DNA of 14,171 nucleotides from an uncultured Methanosarcinaceae archaeon (GTDB taxonomy: Archaea; Halobacteriota; Methanosarcinia; Methanosarcinales; Methanosarcinaceae), in NCBI GenBank assembly GCA_963721455.1, contig CAVRJG010000020.1, forward strand, positions 1 to 14,171, given 5' to 3'. Positions 1 to 8,734 of the stretch are shown here, piece by piece (position 1 is the stretch's first letter; every line of letters begins with the position of its first letter). A program made the translations under genes and the position numbers. The notes under the pieces are model-generated. The model did not search any database, was not told where the DNA came from, and saw only the letters and a program-made list of their open reading frames with translations.

Positions 1-523
1 CTCTGGCCCTAGAGAGGGTCATTCTAAGGTCTTCCTCTGAGCAGGGGGCTCCTTTCCCTTATCCTCTACCGGATCGCCTCTCATAGAGCTTCATGGAAGC
101 CCGCCTCTCCAGGTACTGTGGCTTCTCCTTGGTCTAGGGAATTTCTCCAGGTTCTCAGATTTCGAGACCGCTATTAAAAAGGGCCTACGGATGTCCAAAG
201 GCAACCCGATAAAAGTATGGGATAGCAACGAGGATGGGGGAAAAAGTTGAAAAGAGATTCCGTGAAAATAGGAGATAAAAGAAGGAATTCGAACACTATG
301 AAAAAGCAGAAGCATGAAGATCATTTACACATTATAAAATATATGCTTCTATCAAATAGGGTATCCAAACCAAAAAATATGGATAGTTAATGAATTTATT
401 TTGTAATGAGCTCCTTGTACGATATGTAAATAGGAATAAAAAAGTAGCATTGCTTAGAGACTGTTTAAAATAATTTAATGGCCCCTTCAGGTCTACTGAG
501 AAATTTATGAAATCCATTATTTT

Positions 524-1210
524 TTACCTCTTTCGTTTTTTCTCATCGCTAACTAAATTACCATCTTCGAGAGTAATTACTCTGTCAACATACTCAGTAT
601 GCCACGGTTCATGTGTTACCATTACAATTGTTTGGCCATATTTTTCATTCAATTCTCTGAACACATCCAGTACTTGTTTTGAGTTGTCAGTGTCCAGATT
701 TGCACACGGCTCGTCAGCAAACAATATGTCAGGCTTTTTTGCTATGGCTCTTGCGATTGCCACTCTTTGCTTTTCTCCACCGGATAATTCATCAGGAATC
801 CTGTTATGTTTTCCTTTTAGACCAACCTTATCTAGTGCTTCAAGAGCAGTCTCATAAGATTCCTTTCTTGATTTTCCTTCCATCATGGAAAGGATATAAA
901 CATTTTCTGCAGCACTCATTTCATTAATGAGTGCATAGTCCTGAAAGACATAACCTACTTGCGTTAGCCTATAATAACTTCTTTCTGCTTCAGGCAAGCT
1001 AGAAACCTGTAATCCCCGAATGGTATATTCCCCATCTGTTGCATCGTCTAATAATGCCAATATCCTTAACAGAGTCGTCTTTCCACTTCCAGAAGCACCC
1101 ATTATCGCTACAAATTCCCCTTTTTTTATTTCGAACGAAACGCCCTTGAGAGCCTTGACAGCAGTTCTCCCTGTCCCATAATACCTTTTCAGGTCCTTTA
1201 CTATGATCAT
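524..1210 (-). CDS. ABC transporter ATP-binding protein, LolD/MacB family
   Basis: 228 aa. Walker A GASGSGKT, Q-loop VFQ, signature LSGGEKQR, Walker B ILFADEP, H-loop VTHE. Starts 3 nt after the permease stop. Confidence 0.95.
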   Translation of the reverse strand: MIIVKDLKRYYGTGRTAVKALKGVSFEIKKGEFVAIMGASGSGKTTLLRILALLDDATDGEYTIRGLQVSSLPEAERSYYRLTQVGYVFQDYALINEMSAAENVYILSMMEGKSRKESYETALEALDKVGLKGKHNRIPDELSGGEKQRVAIARAIAKKPDILFADEPCANLDTDNSKQVLDVFRELNEKYGQTIVMVTHEPWHTEYVDRVITLEDGNLVSDEKKRKR

Positions 1211-1213
1211 TTT

Positions 1214-2422
1214 TTATCGTCCCCATATGGATTTGAGTATGCTCTCTCTTGATACACTCCAGGCAGGGAGTGTCCCGGCTATCACTGATAGTGTAAGCAT
1301 GGTAAATATGCTTTGAATAAGCAGCATAGGATCGATCCTGGGTCTTATTTCCATGGTTTCGTAGAATATTACTGGATTCGCCTGGAAGTAAAGCATAAGT
1401 GAAAAGTATAAAGTCAATCCTGCGAGTATTCCTAAAGAAACATAGAACATGCTAAGGAACGCATAAGACAATACTATTGATCTTGGAGTAATGCCTACTG
1501 CTTTTAAAATACCGATCTCTTTTTTCCTATTAAGTACGTTGATATAGATGATGATAAGAACCAGTGCTGCACCTACGATCAAACTCACAAACTTTGACAT
1601 AATATTTATAGCACCCATGCTTTGCATTGCTTGCTTTATGAGAGTTTCGGACTTATCAGCCCATGTGAAGATTTGCTCATTCACCCCAGCTTCTCTGATT
1701 TTATCCTGTACTTGTTCTTCACTTCCTTGCTTGTCAATCCTTACGACTACACTGGTAGCTTTACTCTCTTCTAAACCATAAACTTCTTCAATTTCTTTGT
1801 AATGAACCAGAGCATTAAGATCAACAAGTTCAAATGAGCCTTCCATGATGCCTTTGACTTTATAGGTCCTCTTTACGCCATTGCTGTATGTTACGTCAAC
1901 AAGCGATCCTGGTCTTACTTCACCCAGGTTATCATATATTTCTGATCCAAAACCTGTACCTGCGATCATAGCACCAATGATAATCTCATCCCGGGAAAGC
2001 TCTCCTAAGAAATCTCCTTCACTGATAATGTAGGGGTATCGTGAAATTTCATGCTCTTCTGTAGGAAGCAACCCTGTTACAGTTACTCCTACAACTTTCT
2101 GTTTATGCTCAATAGATGCTCCAGCGTCCAGTCGTTTTGTTGCAGCTCTCACACCTTCTACTGCTCTGACTTTCTGCAAGACGTTATCAGCATTGTTAAT
2201 GTAGGTGTTGTCGCCTGATGGTTCAATGACAATATCCCCGTAAGGGTAGTCTTGCATAAATCCAGTAAATAGAACAGTCATCCCTCCTATCATTGATGGA
2301 AGGAATACCAAGTTCATAAAAATGAGTGAGAGAACAAATACTATGAAAATTAGTGTTTTTTTGTTTCCTCTTTTTACACTACAATATGCAATGAGGCTTC
2401 CCACTCTGATATCGTTGATCAT
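1214..2422 (-). CDS. ABC transporter permease, MacB/FtsX (LolC/E-like) family
   Basis: 402 aa. One N-terminal TM helix, a large extracytoplasmic domain, the FtsX-type motif RKKEIGILKAVG and three C-terminal TM helices. GAGG RBS upstream; adjacent to the LolD-type ATPase. Confidence 0.92.
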   Translation of the reverse strand: MINDIRVGSLIAYCSVKRGNKKTLIFIVFVLSLIFMNLVFLPSMIGGMTVLFTGFMQDYPYGDIVIEPSGDNTYINNADNVLQKVRAVEGVRAATKRLDAGASIEHKQKVVGVTVTGLLPTEEHEISRYPYIISEGDFLGELSRDEIIIGAMIAGTGFGSEIYDNLGEVRPGSLVDVTYSNGVKRTYKVKGIMEGSFELVDLNALVHYKEIEEVYGLEESKATSVVVRIDKQGSEEQVQDKIREAGVNEQIFTWADKSETLIKQAMQSMGAINIMSKFVSLIVGAALVLIIIYINVLNRKKEIGILKAVGITPRSIVLSYAFLSMFYVSLGILAGLTLYFSLMLYFQANPVIFYETMEIRPRIDPMLLIQSIFTMLTLSVIAGTLPAWSVSRESILKSIWGR

Positions 2423-2437
2423 GTTGGAGACCTCTCG

Positions 2438-3664
2438 TTATTTTTTGTTGTTAGCAGAGTTACCGCTGTCTTCCATTAACTGCTTAATTATCTCATCTTT
2501 TGACTTTTTTGTTCTATAATTATTGTAAATTAGTCCTCCAATAACTGCCAGGATAAGCAATACAATTGCAGCTGTTCCTGCTCCACCACTACTTTCCAGG
2601 ACTATAAGATTAATTTTTGTTTCAATTTGTTCTTCTCCAAAATCATCAGTATACGTTACGGTTACAGGGATTTCGTATTCTCCTGCTTGATCAACTATAA
2701 AAGTAATTACTGCGGGCCCGTCTTCATTTGGATCAAGAGTTCCTATAAAGGATTCTTTTAATCCTTTGAATGGATGGTCAGCATAGACTCTTATTGAATT
2801 TATTGTTCTGTCACCAGAGTTTTCAATTCTCATAGTCAATTCTACAGTATCACCCATGTAAGGAAGAACAGGATCAACCTTTACAGACGCGAGATTCAAA
2901 CTTCCTTTTTTGTCAAGCACAGTTATTTTAATGTCATATTCATCTTTTTGCTTGCCAAAATCATCTTCATACGCTATAATGACAGGGATTTCAAACTCTC
3001 CTGACTTGTTTGCCTTAAACTTGAATAATGCAGTTTGACTTTCATTTAAGCCGAGAGTTCCAATTGTAGAAGTTTTAATTCCTTTAAACTCATGATCTAA
3101 ACTAACTGATACGGATTTTGCTATTGTCTCACCAAAGTTTTCTATGCCTAATCTTAAGTCAACTGTATCTCCCTCATAGATATATTCAGGATTGGTTTTG
3201 ACAGAAGAGATTCTTGGTTCTGCATCTTCACCTATCACTCTTATTTCAACTTCATAATATTTTACTGTTTCAACGGGTTTATTTGCATATGTTAATTTCA
3301 TTTTTATAAGATGAGGACCAGATTTAGCATCAGTGGTTGTTCTCATATGATATGTCAGGTGCCTTTCACTTGTACTATAAAATAATTTAGGAACTTTTGT
3401 AACTAAATTTTCTGTAACTATTATATCTGAAGGGATACTGATAATTTCAAAGGTAACATCTTCAGGAGTTTTAGTACCGCAGCTCTCAAGATTAACTCCC
3501 AGGATGAATTCTTCATCGATACCTATTGAACTGGGACTTATTTCTTGTAACTCTGCGTTTACACACACATTACCAGAAGATATTGTTTCAGCTGTAGAGA
3601 TTCCTGTTAAGCTAATTGCAAAAATTAATAAGAGCAAATATGTTAGTTTTGTATTCGGATTCAT
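2438..3664 (-). CDS. Membrane-anchored S-layer-domain (COG1361-like) protein with tandem CARDB/Ig-like domains
   Basis: 408 aa. Signal peptide (aa 1-25), two internal repeats with a 106-aa period (GDTVxLxxxIENxG...FKGxKxSxIGTL...GExEIPV...DDFG), and a C-terminal TM anchor with a basic tail. GGGGTGA RBS; ATGA overlap with the regulator. Confidence 0.82.
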   Translation of the reverse strand: MNPNTKLTYLLLLIFAISLTGISTAETISSGNVCVNAELQEISPSSIGIDEEFILGVNLESCGTKTPEDVTFEIISIPSDIIVTENLVTKVPKLFYSTSERHLTYHMRTTTDAKSGPHLIKMKLTYANKPVETVKYYEVEIRVIGEDAEPRISSVKTNPEYIYEGDTVDLRLGIENFGETIAKSVSVSLDHEFKGIKTSTIGTLGLNESQTALFKFKANKSGEFEIPVIIAYEDDFGKQKDEYDIKITVLDKKGSLNLASVKVDPVLPYMGDTVELTMRIENSGDRTINSIRVYADHPFKGLKESFIGTLDPNEDGPAVITFIVDQAGEYEIPVTVTYTDDFGEEQIETKINLIVLESSGGAGTAAIVLLILAVIGGLIYNNYRTKKSKDEIIKQLMEDSGNSANNKK

Positions 3665-4152
3665 TTTTTATTCACCCCATTTCGAACTTCCTCTGTAAAT
3701 TTAATAAGATTTTTTAAAATTAAATCTAATGAAATCATTTGCTGGTAATAATCTTCGATTATTTTGAGCAGTTCTTCGGAATCCTCTGCTTTACTATTTT
3801 TACATCTTTCAATTATTGCTGGAAGATCTTTAATCGCAGGGCTGACCATGAGTTCATTCTTGGATTTTACTGCATTAATTGTCATTGTCAGCATATCTCT
3901 TTGAACTGAGAAGTACAATTTTTTTGAACCGGCTTTCTTTGTTTTTCCCACTAATTTTATTCCACTAAGCATTTTCATTGCTGCACTAACTGCTGAAAAA
4001 CTATACCCAGTCATTGTAGAAAGATCTTCTAAAGTTAGCAGGTTCGGTTCCGAGTAAAGTATTGCTAACAATTTAGAGTAAAGTTCATCGAGTCCCTGGG
4101 ATTTTATCCCTTGATACACAAGATTCTCAAATTCTTTTTTTGCTGTTTCCAT
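3661..4152 (-). CDS. Winged-helix transcriptional regulator, GbsR/MarR-like
   Basis: HTH/wing pattern LTLEDLSTMTGYSFSAVSAAMKML...KKAGSKKLYF followed by a helical dimerisation region. The ATG at 4152 is preferred over the TTG at 4173 used by the ORF track. First gene of the ABC operon. Confidence 0.8.
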   Translation of the reverse strand: METAKKEFENLVYQGIKSQGLDELYSKLLAILYSEPNLLTLEDLSTMTGYSFSAVSAAMKMLSGIKLVGKTKKAGSKKLYFSVQRDMLTMTINAVKSKNELMVSPAIKDLPAIIERCKNSKAEDSEELLKIIEDYYQQMISLDLILKNLIKFTEEVRNGVNKK

Positions 4153-4175
4153 TTCGACGCCATATTTACACAATT

Positions 4176-4191
4176 TCCAGTAATTACTGGA
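4176..4191. promoter_or_regulatory. Perfect 16-bp palindrome, candidate operator of the regulator/ABC operon
   Basis: TCCAGTAATTACTGGA is its own reverse complement. It lies 23 nt upstream of the regulator ATG, and a further CAGTAAT half-site follows at about 4197-4203. Confidence 0.6.
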
Positions 4192-4627
4192 TATTACAGT
4201 AATAGTAAATATATCCTATATTCCGCAGTATTTTTTTGAGAATCAATATTTTTTCCGATAGCATTTTTAAGACATATTCAAATAATAGGGAATCGGAATG
4301 AAACCTGGTGAAAATTGAATTCCCAGTCTCACTAAACTTAATTAAAACCTCGTCTCATGAGATAATTACAGTCTATTTTGGGCAAGCTTCGGAAGGGAAC
4401 TCATAGTCAGGTATATACATTATTTAACCAGTTTTAAACGAAAAAAGAACCGACTTCTGCACGAAATCCCGGATTGCGCATCAAGATAACAGAAAATTGG
4501 AGATTCTCTGAGCAAAGCATAATTGGAAGATTTAAAATAGGATCAAAATAGAATCAGGCTAATTACTTTTGAGAAATGTCTGCAAAAGTTTATTCCCCAT
4601 TTTATCCTGCAACCCGGAGGCCTGCCC

Positions 4628-6148
4628 CTGAAAGAAAACCTTCTTGAGATCAAATCCGCATTTATGAACTATTTCAAAGAGCGGGAATCCGAGATCAACG
4701 GCTCTCTCCTTGCAGTGTTGTCCGGGGAAAACCTTCTCTTTATCGGGCCTCCGGGAACGGCAAAAACTCAGCTTGCGAAAAATATCTGCCAGTTGATCGA
4801 AGGCGGAAATTTTTTCAATTATCTCCTGACAAGCTTCTCGACCCCTGAAGAGATCTTTGGCCCGCTCTCCTTAAAAGCCCTGGAAGAAGACGAGTTCCGC
4901 CGAAAAATAGACGGCTGCCTCCCGACTGCCCATATTGCTTTACTGGACGAGATTTTTAAGGCGAGCAGCGCAATCCTGAACAGTCTCCTGACAATCCTGA
5001 ATGAGCGCAAATACCATAACGGGAGAGATATTGTAGATGTACCTCTGCTCTCGGTTTTCGGGGCATCCAATGAACTTCCTGACGAAAACGAGAGCCTTGA
5101 AGCCCTTTATGACCGTTTTCTGTTCAGGTACAGGCTTGCCTATATCCAGGACGAGGAGAACTTCAGAAATCTTCTTTTCAGGAGCCCTGAAGAGTTCGAA
5201 CCGTCTGCAAGAATTCAGGTGTATTCAATATACGAACTTCGGGAAAGTGCAAAGAACCTTCCTGTTGACCCTGACGTTGAGGATATCATTACTGAACTTC
5301 GAAAGAGCCTTCAGCTGCAGGAAATTGAAATTTCGGACAGGCGCTGGAAAAAAGTCATCCAGGTTCTCAAGGTTGCAGCCTGCAGCAGCGGATGCCCGGC
5401 AGTGGACAGAACAATGGTGCTCCTGCTTCAGCACATGCTCTGGAACCTGCCCGAAGAGAGGGAATTCATAAAGAAAACTGTCTTTGAGCTCGCAGTATCA
5501 GGCGGCATCAGTACGGAAAAACTGCGACAGGAAGCCGAAGACCTGCAGGCTGCAATAAGTATTGCCCTGAAAAACGAACTTCCTGTAAAGGTTGCCTGTG
5601 ATAGCTGCGGGGAAGAATTCATGTTGAGACAGGAAATAGAAGCTCACCATATTTCCTATCCGAACCACAGCTATACTCTGAAAATGGAAGGGTCCTCAAA
5701 GATCTATCCCTACGAGAACCTTGTCAGGGAAATTGATTCTCTTCATGAAGCGGCGGGAAAAACAAACACACTGCTCCGGATTCAGAAAGAAGTTTTTGAA
5801 AAGGAATTTGAAACCCTGGCAGACAGAGTCAAACGCGTAAAATACAGGCTTGAAGAAGAAAGGGGACTTTTAAAAAACCTGATGGAGGCAAATATCTGGC
5901 TCTCAACTCTTGACAGAAACGAAGCTCTCCTCCTTCACGACATCCGAAGTATCGAGTTATCCGCGTTAGATGACCTTATATCGAAAGGCCAGTCAATGCT
6001 CGGATTGCAGAGCAGGCAGGTACAGCCCGGACCGCAACCTGCAAAAGGAGCAGAGAAAAAAGAAATCGAAGAAGTTCCCGTGCCCGATTCGGGCAGCAGT
6101 GTCAACAGTTTTATGAAAGGGATTGGATCCAGATTAAAGCTCAGATGA
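4628..6148 (+). CDS. ravA: MoxR-family AAA+ ATPase, RavA-like
   Basis: Walker A GPPGTAKT, STPEEIFGP, Walker B LLDEIFKA, sensor-1 ASNE, Arg finger LYDRF, sensor-2 ISDRRW. Start placed at CTG 4628 (GGAGG at 4616-4620); the first in-frame ATG is at 4664. The symbol denotes the subfamily, not proven orthology. Confidence 0.88.
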   Translation: MKENLLEIKSAFMNYFKERESEINGSLLAVLSGENLLFIGPPGTAKTQLAKNICQLIEGGNFFNYLLTSFSTPEEIFGPLSLKALEEDEFRRKIDGCLPTAHIALLDEIFKASSAILNSLLTILNERKYHNGRDIVDVPLLSVFGASNELPDENESLEALYDRFLFRYRLAYIQDEENFRNLLFRSPEEFEPSARIQVYSIYELRESAKNLPVDPDVEDIITELRKSLQLQEIEISDRRWKKVIQVLKVAACSSGCPAVDRTMVLLLQHMLWNLPEEREFIKKTVFELAVSGGISTEKLRQEAEDLQAAISIALKNELPVKVACDSCGEEFMLRQEIEAHHISYPNHSYTLKMEGSSKIYPYENLVREIDSLHEAAGKTNTLLRIQKEVFEKEFETLADRVKRVKYRLEEERGLLKNLMEANIWLSTLDRNEALLLHDIRSIELSALDDLISKGQSMLGLQSRQVQPGPQPAKGAEKKEIEEVPVPDSGSSVNSFMKGIGSRLKLR

Positions 6149-6182
6149 ATAACTCAAGCCAGTAACTTTATGAGGTTTTGAT

Positions 6183-7817
6183 ATGGAAGGTTCCGAGGGT
6201 TTCTTGAATAATCCGTACTCGGCTTTATCTGAAGCTTACTCCTTATTTTCAAGAAATAAAATCTTGCGTGATTCTCTTATTCTCCAGAAACAGGCTGCTT
6301 CTATACTGGAAAGGGATCTCAGGAGCACGATAGCTTTTCCCCGGACTATTCCCCGCCCTACGCGAGAAAAAATTGCCGAGATCATTACCCTTGAAATCCT
6401 TTTTGGGCAACCTTACGAGATAAAGGACCCTGAAAGGTTTATAGGGACTTTCGGGGCTTTTTATCCGATCTTCCTTACCCTGAGAAATTCAAAACCCTGG
6501 CCCAGGCTGCGGAAAATCTCAAAAAAAAGCAGGGGAGCCGGAATTGCAGGCTTGAAAATTCTCCTTCCCCTAATTTATGATATACTGGAACGCCTTTCAG
6601 AACCCTCAACAGGCTTTTCAGGTGCAGAATATCTTAAGGAACTCGATGCCGGGATGGAGGATATCCTCAGGCAATTTGAAAGAATCCTGAAAGAAACCCT
6701 CCTCGTGTGGGGAAATAGCATGTCTGAGGGATTGTATGGCAGGAATGTTCAGGGAATAAGGAATTCCGGAGACCCTGCCCTTCAGGAAGCTGTCCTGGAT
6801 TTCATGCAGAAGGACGGCTACCAGATATTTCTGGAAAGATTAATGGAAGGGCTGTACCGGAAAATGAGCGAATTCATCTCGGAAATGGAAGAAAACCTGG
6901 ACCTTTTCGATACTCTCGCTCTCCTCTTCCCCCAACGCAACTGGAGCTATTCTGTAAAAGAGCTCAAAAAAGAGCCTTTCTACCTGCAGCTTAAAATGCT
7001 GAAAAGTTATTCGACCTTTTTTGAAAAAAGCCCTGACCTTAGGAGAATCATAGATTTCATAGGTAGAAGGGAGTTTGACCCCCCCTCTGACCGCATACGC
7101 CTCTCTCCTTTCGGGAAAAACCGAATCCAGACCGTGCGTTTCTCCGATTCTATCAATAATCTGCTGCCCATGGAAGCCGCAAAGCTCCTGAACCCGTCCC
7201 TGAAGCGGAAATTTTATGCGGACATGCTTGAAGGGAAACTCCTGAGCTACCAGCTGCTCGGAAAGCACTACACAGGCCCTCCCCGCATAAAGCCCAGGGG
7301 CCCGATGGTCGTGCTTGTGGATACTTCCGGGTCCATGCACGGAGCTCCCCAGACCCTTGCCAAGTCTGCGGTGCTGGCTATGGCAAAACGGATGCTTTCC
7401 CAGCAGCGGGATATGAAAGTTATCCTTTTTGCCTCTACCAGCCAGCACCTGGAAATAGAACTCAGCAACAGGAAAAAGATGTCCGAGAAGTTTCTGAATT
7501 TTCTTCTCTATACCTTCGGAGGGGGAACGGACTTCAATACCGCACTTGCCTCAGGCCTTAAATCCCTTAAAGAAAAGGACTTTCAGGGTGCAGACCTGCT
7601 TTTTATAACAGACGGCAAGTCCGAAGTCTCTGATGAGCTGGTACTGGCCCGCTGGGAAGAAGCAAAAAAGAAGTATAACGCGAAAGTCTACTCGCTGATA
7701 GTTGGAGGCAGCGGAGCTGGCGGGCTATCGCATATCTCGGATTACACATATATCGTGGAGATGGAGCAGGATTCTGAAGGCAGCGGCGGGTTTGTAAGAT
7801 TAACAGAGTCTAAATAA
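6183..7817 (+). CDS. viaA: vWA domain protein, ViaA-like partner of the MoxR ATPase
   Basis: 544 aa. C-terminal vWA domain with complete MIDAS: VDTSGSM, GGGTDF, ITDG. Pre-vWA motif SINNLLPME...FYADMLEGKLLSY. GAGGT RBS; 34 nt after the ATPase. Confidence 0.85.
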   Translation: MEGSEGFLNNPYSALSEAYSLFSRNKILRDSLILQKQAASILERDLRSTIAFPRTIPRPTREKIAEIITLEILFGQPYEIKDPERFIGTFGAFYPIFLTLRNSKPWPRLRKISKKSRGAGIAGLKILLPLIYDILERLSEPSTGFSGAEYLKELDAGMEDILRQFERILKETLLVWGNSMSEGLYGRNVQGIRNSGDPALQEAVLDFMQKDGYQIFLERLMEGLYRKMSEFISEMEENLDLFDTLALLFPQRNWSYSVKELKKEPFYLQLKMLKSYSTFFEKSPDLRRIIDFIGRREFDPPSDRIRLSPFGKNRIQTVRFSDSINNLLPMEAAKLLNPSLKRKFYADMLEGKLLSYQLLGKHYTGPPRIKPRGPMVVLVDTSGSMHGAPQTLAKSAVLAMAKRMLSQQRDMKVILFASTSQHLEIELSNRKKMSEKFLNFLLYTFGGGTDFNTALASGLKSLKEKDFQGADLLFITDGKSEVSDELVLARWEEAKKKYNAKVYSLIVGGSGAGGLSHISDYTYIVEMEQDSEGSGGFVRLTESK

Positions 7818-7911
7818 AACTCAGGTTCTAAATGAGAAATAACTTTTTTTCTAAAGGAGAAATGTCCATTTAAAGGCACTTTTCAGAAAATGACTACTTT
7901 CAGGTGAAATA

Positions 7912-8370
7912 ATGGGAACTCAGAAAATCATCCATGACCTGCAGCAGATCGAGGAAATCCTCTCAAAAGCGAAATTTATCCGCCTTGCCCTTTCAGATGA
8001 AGACATTCCCTATATTGTCCCGATGGCCTTCGGCTATAAAGGAAACGCTATCTACCTCCACAGCTCCCTGGAAGGAAAGAAAATCTGCATTCTTGAAAAG
8101 AACTCCAGGGTTTGTTTCGAAGCCGACGTAGAAACTGAAGTAATGACTTCCGATGACCCCTGCAAATACAATGTCCGCTATAGGAGCGTTATCGGGTACG
8201 GACAGGCAAAGTTTCTGGAAGATAACGCTGAGAAAGTTGAGGGGCTTACTATCCTGTCCGAACATTATGGAAAGAAGGGACCTTTTGAGTTTGAAGAATG
8301 GAAGGTTAACAGGTTGTGTGTGATTAAGATCGAGATTGAGATGATGATGGGGAAAGAGAATGGATTTTGA
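7912..8370 (+). CDS. Pyridoxamine 5'-phosphate oxidase-like flavin-binding protein, NimA/nitroimidazole reductase-like
   Basis: 152 aa with RLAL...PYIVPM, IYLHSSLEGKK, NSRVCFE and YRSVIGYG. AGGTGA RBS at 7902-7907. Confidence 0.85.
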   Translation: MGTQKIIHDLQQIEEILSKAKFIRLALSDEDIPYIVPMAFGYKGNAIYLHSSLEGKKICILEKNSRVCFEADVETEVMTSDDPCKYNVRYRSVIGYGQAKFLEDNAEKVEGLTILSEHYGKKGPFEFEEWKVNRLCVIKIEIEMMMGKENGF

Positions 8371-8455
8371 TATCCGTCTTTAACTGTAAGTTATTAAGAA
8401 ACAGGGACGAGCTATTTACTGTAAAGTATTGTGAAGGCTAAAATTTAACAGTAAA

Positions 8456-8483
8456 CCTTTTGTTGCCTTCCTTTTGTTGCCTT
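8456..8483. repeat. Perfect 14-bp tandem duplication
   Basis: CCTTTTGTTGCCTT at 8456-8469 and again at 8470-8483. Confidence 0.9.
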
Positions 8484-8709
8484 ATCTGATTATTGGCATA
8501 TCTCTTCGGGGCTAGATCGAGAATATCTCAGTTTTTTCTCCCTGTGCCGCACCGGGCCTGAGCCGGCCTTTCACCCAGATAAAAAACAACCGACAAAAAG
8601 ACCCCGTAACAACGAGAAACAATAAGCTTAAAAAATGTTCACGGGCTGAGAGAATACTTTCCTTAAGTTCGGAAGCCACTTTTTAATTTATAAGTAAATA
8701 TAAGCGCCT

Positions 8710-8728
8710 CCGCCAGCTTGTCTGGCGG
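8710..8728. other. GC-rich hairpin in an AT-rich context
   Basis: CCGCCAG-CTTGT-CTGGCGG: 7-bp perfect stem with a 5-nt loop. Function unknown. Confidence 0.6.
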
Positions 8729-8734
8729 CTCTTC

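Noticed and set aside
91-517. Short minus-strand ORFs 91-324 and 332-517
   Set aside because: No recognisable motif or RBS; composition typical of translated AT-rich intergenic DNA.
507-3698. Overlapping ORFs 507-857, 679-927, 999-1226, 1548-1781, 2322-2519 and 3504-3698
   Set aside because: Antisense or alternate-frame shadows of well-supported ABC-operon genes.
4353-4362. 10-bp palindrome TCTCATGAGA in the divergent intergenic region
   Set aside because: Short enough to arise by chance in 14 kb; no supporting context.
4819-8265. ORFs nested in ravA, viaA and nimA-like genes, including the 202-aa antisense ORF 6840-7448
   Set aside because: Fully overlap motif-bearing genes and show no independent domain signal.
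7912-8370. Calling the flavoprotein a metronidazole-resistance (nim) gene
   Set aside because: The family is broad and widespread in anaerobes; the motifs support the fold but not a resistance function.
8456-8483. Tandem repeat considered as a CRISPR remnant
   Set aside because: Only two 14-bp units, no spacer, and no cas genes in the window.
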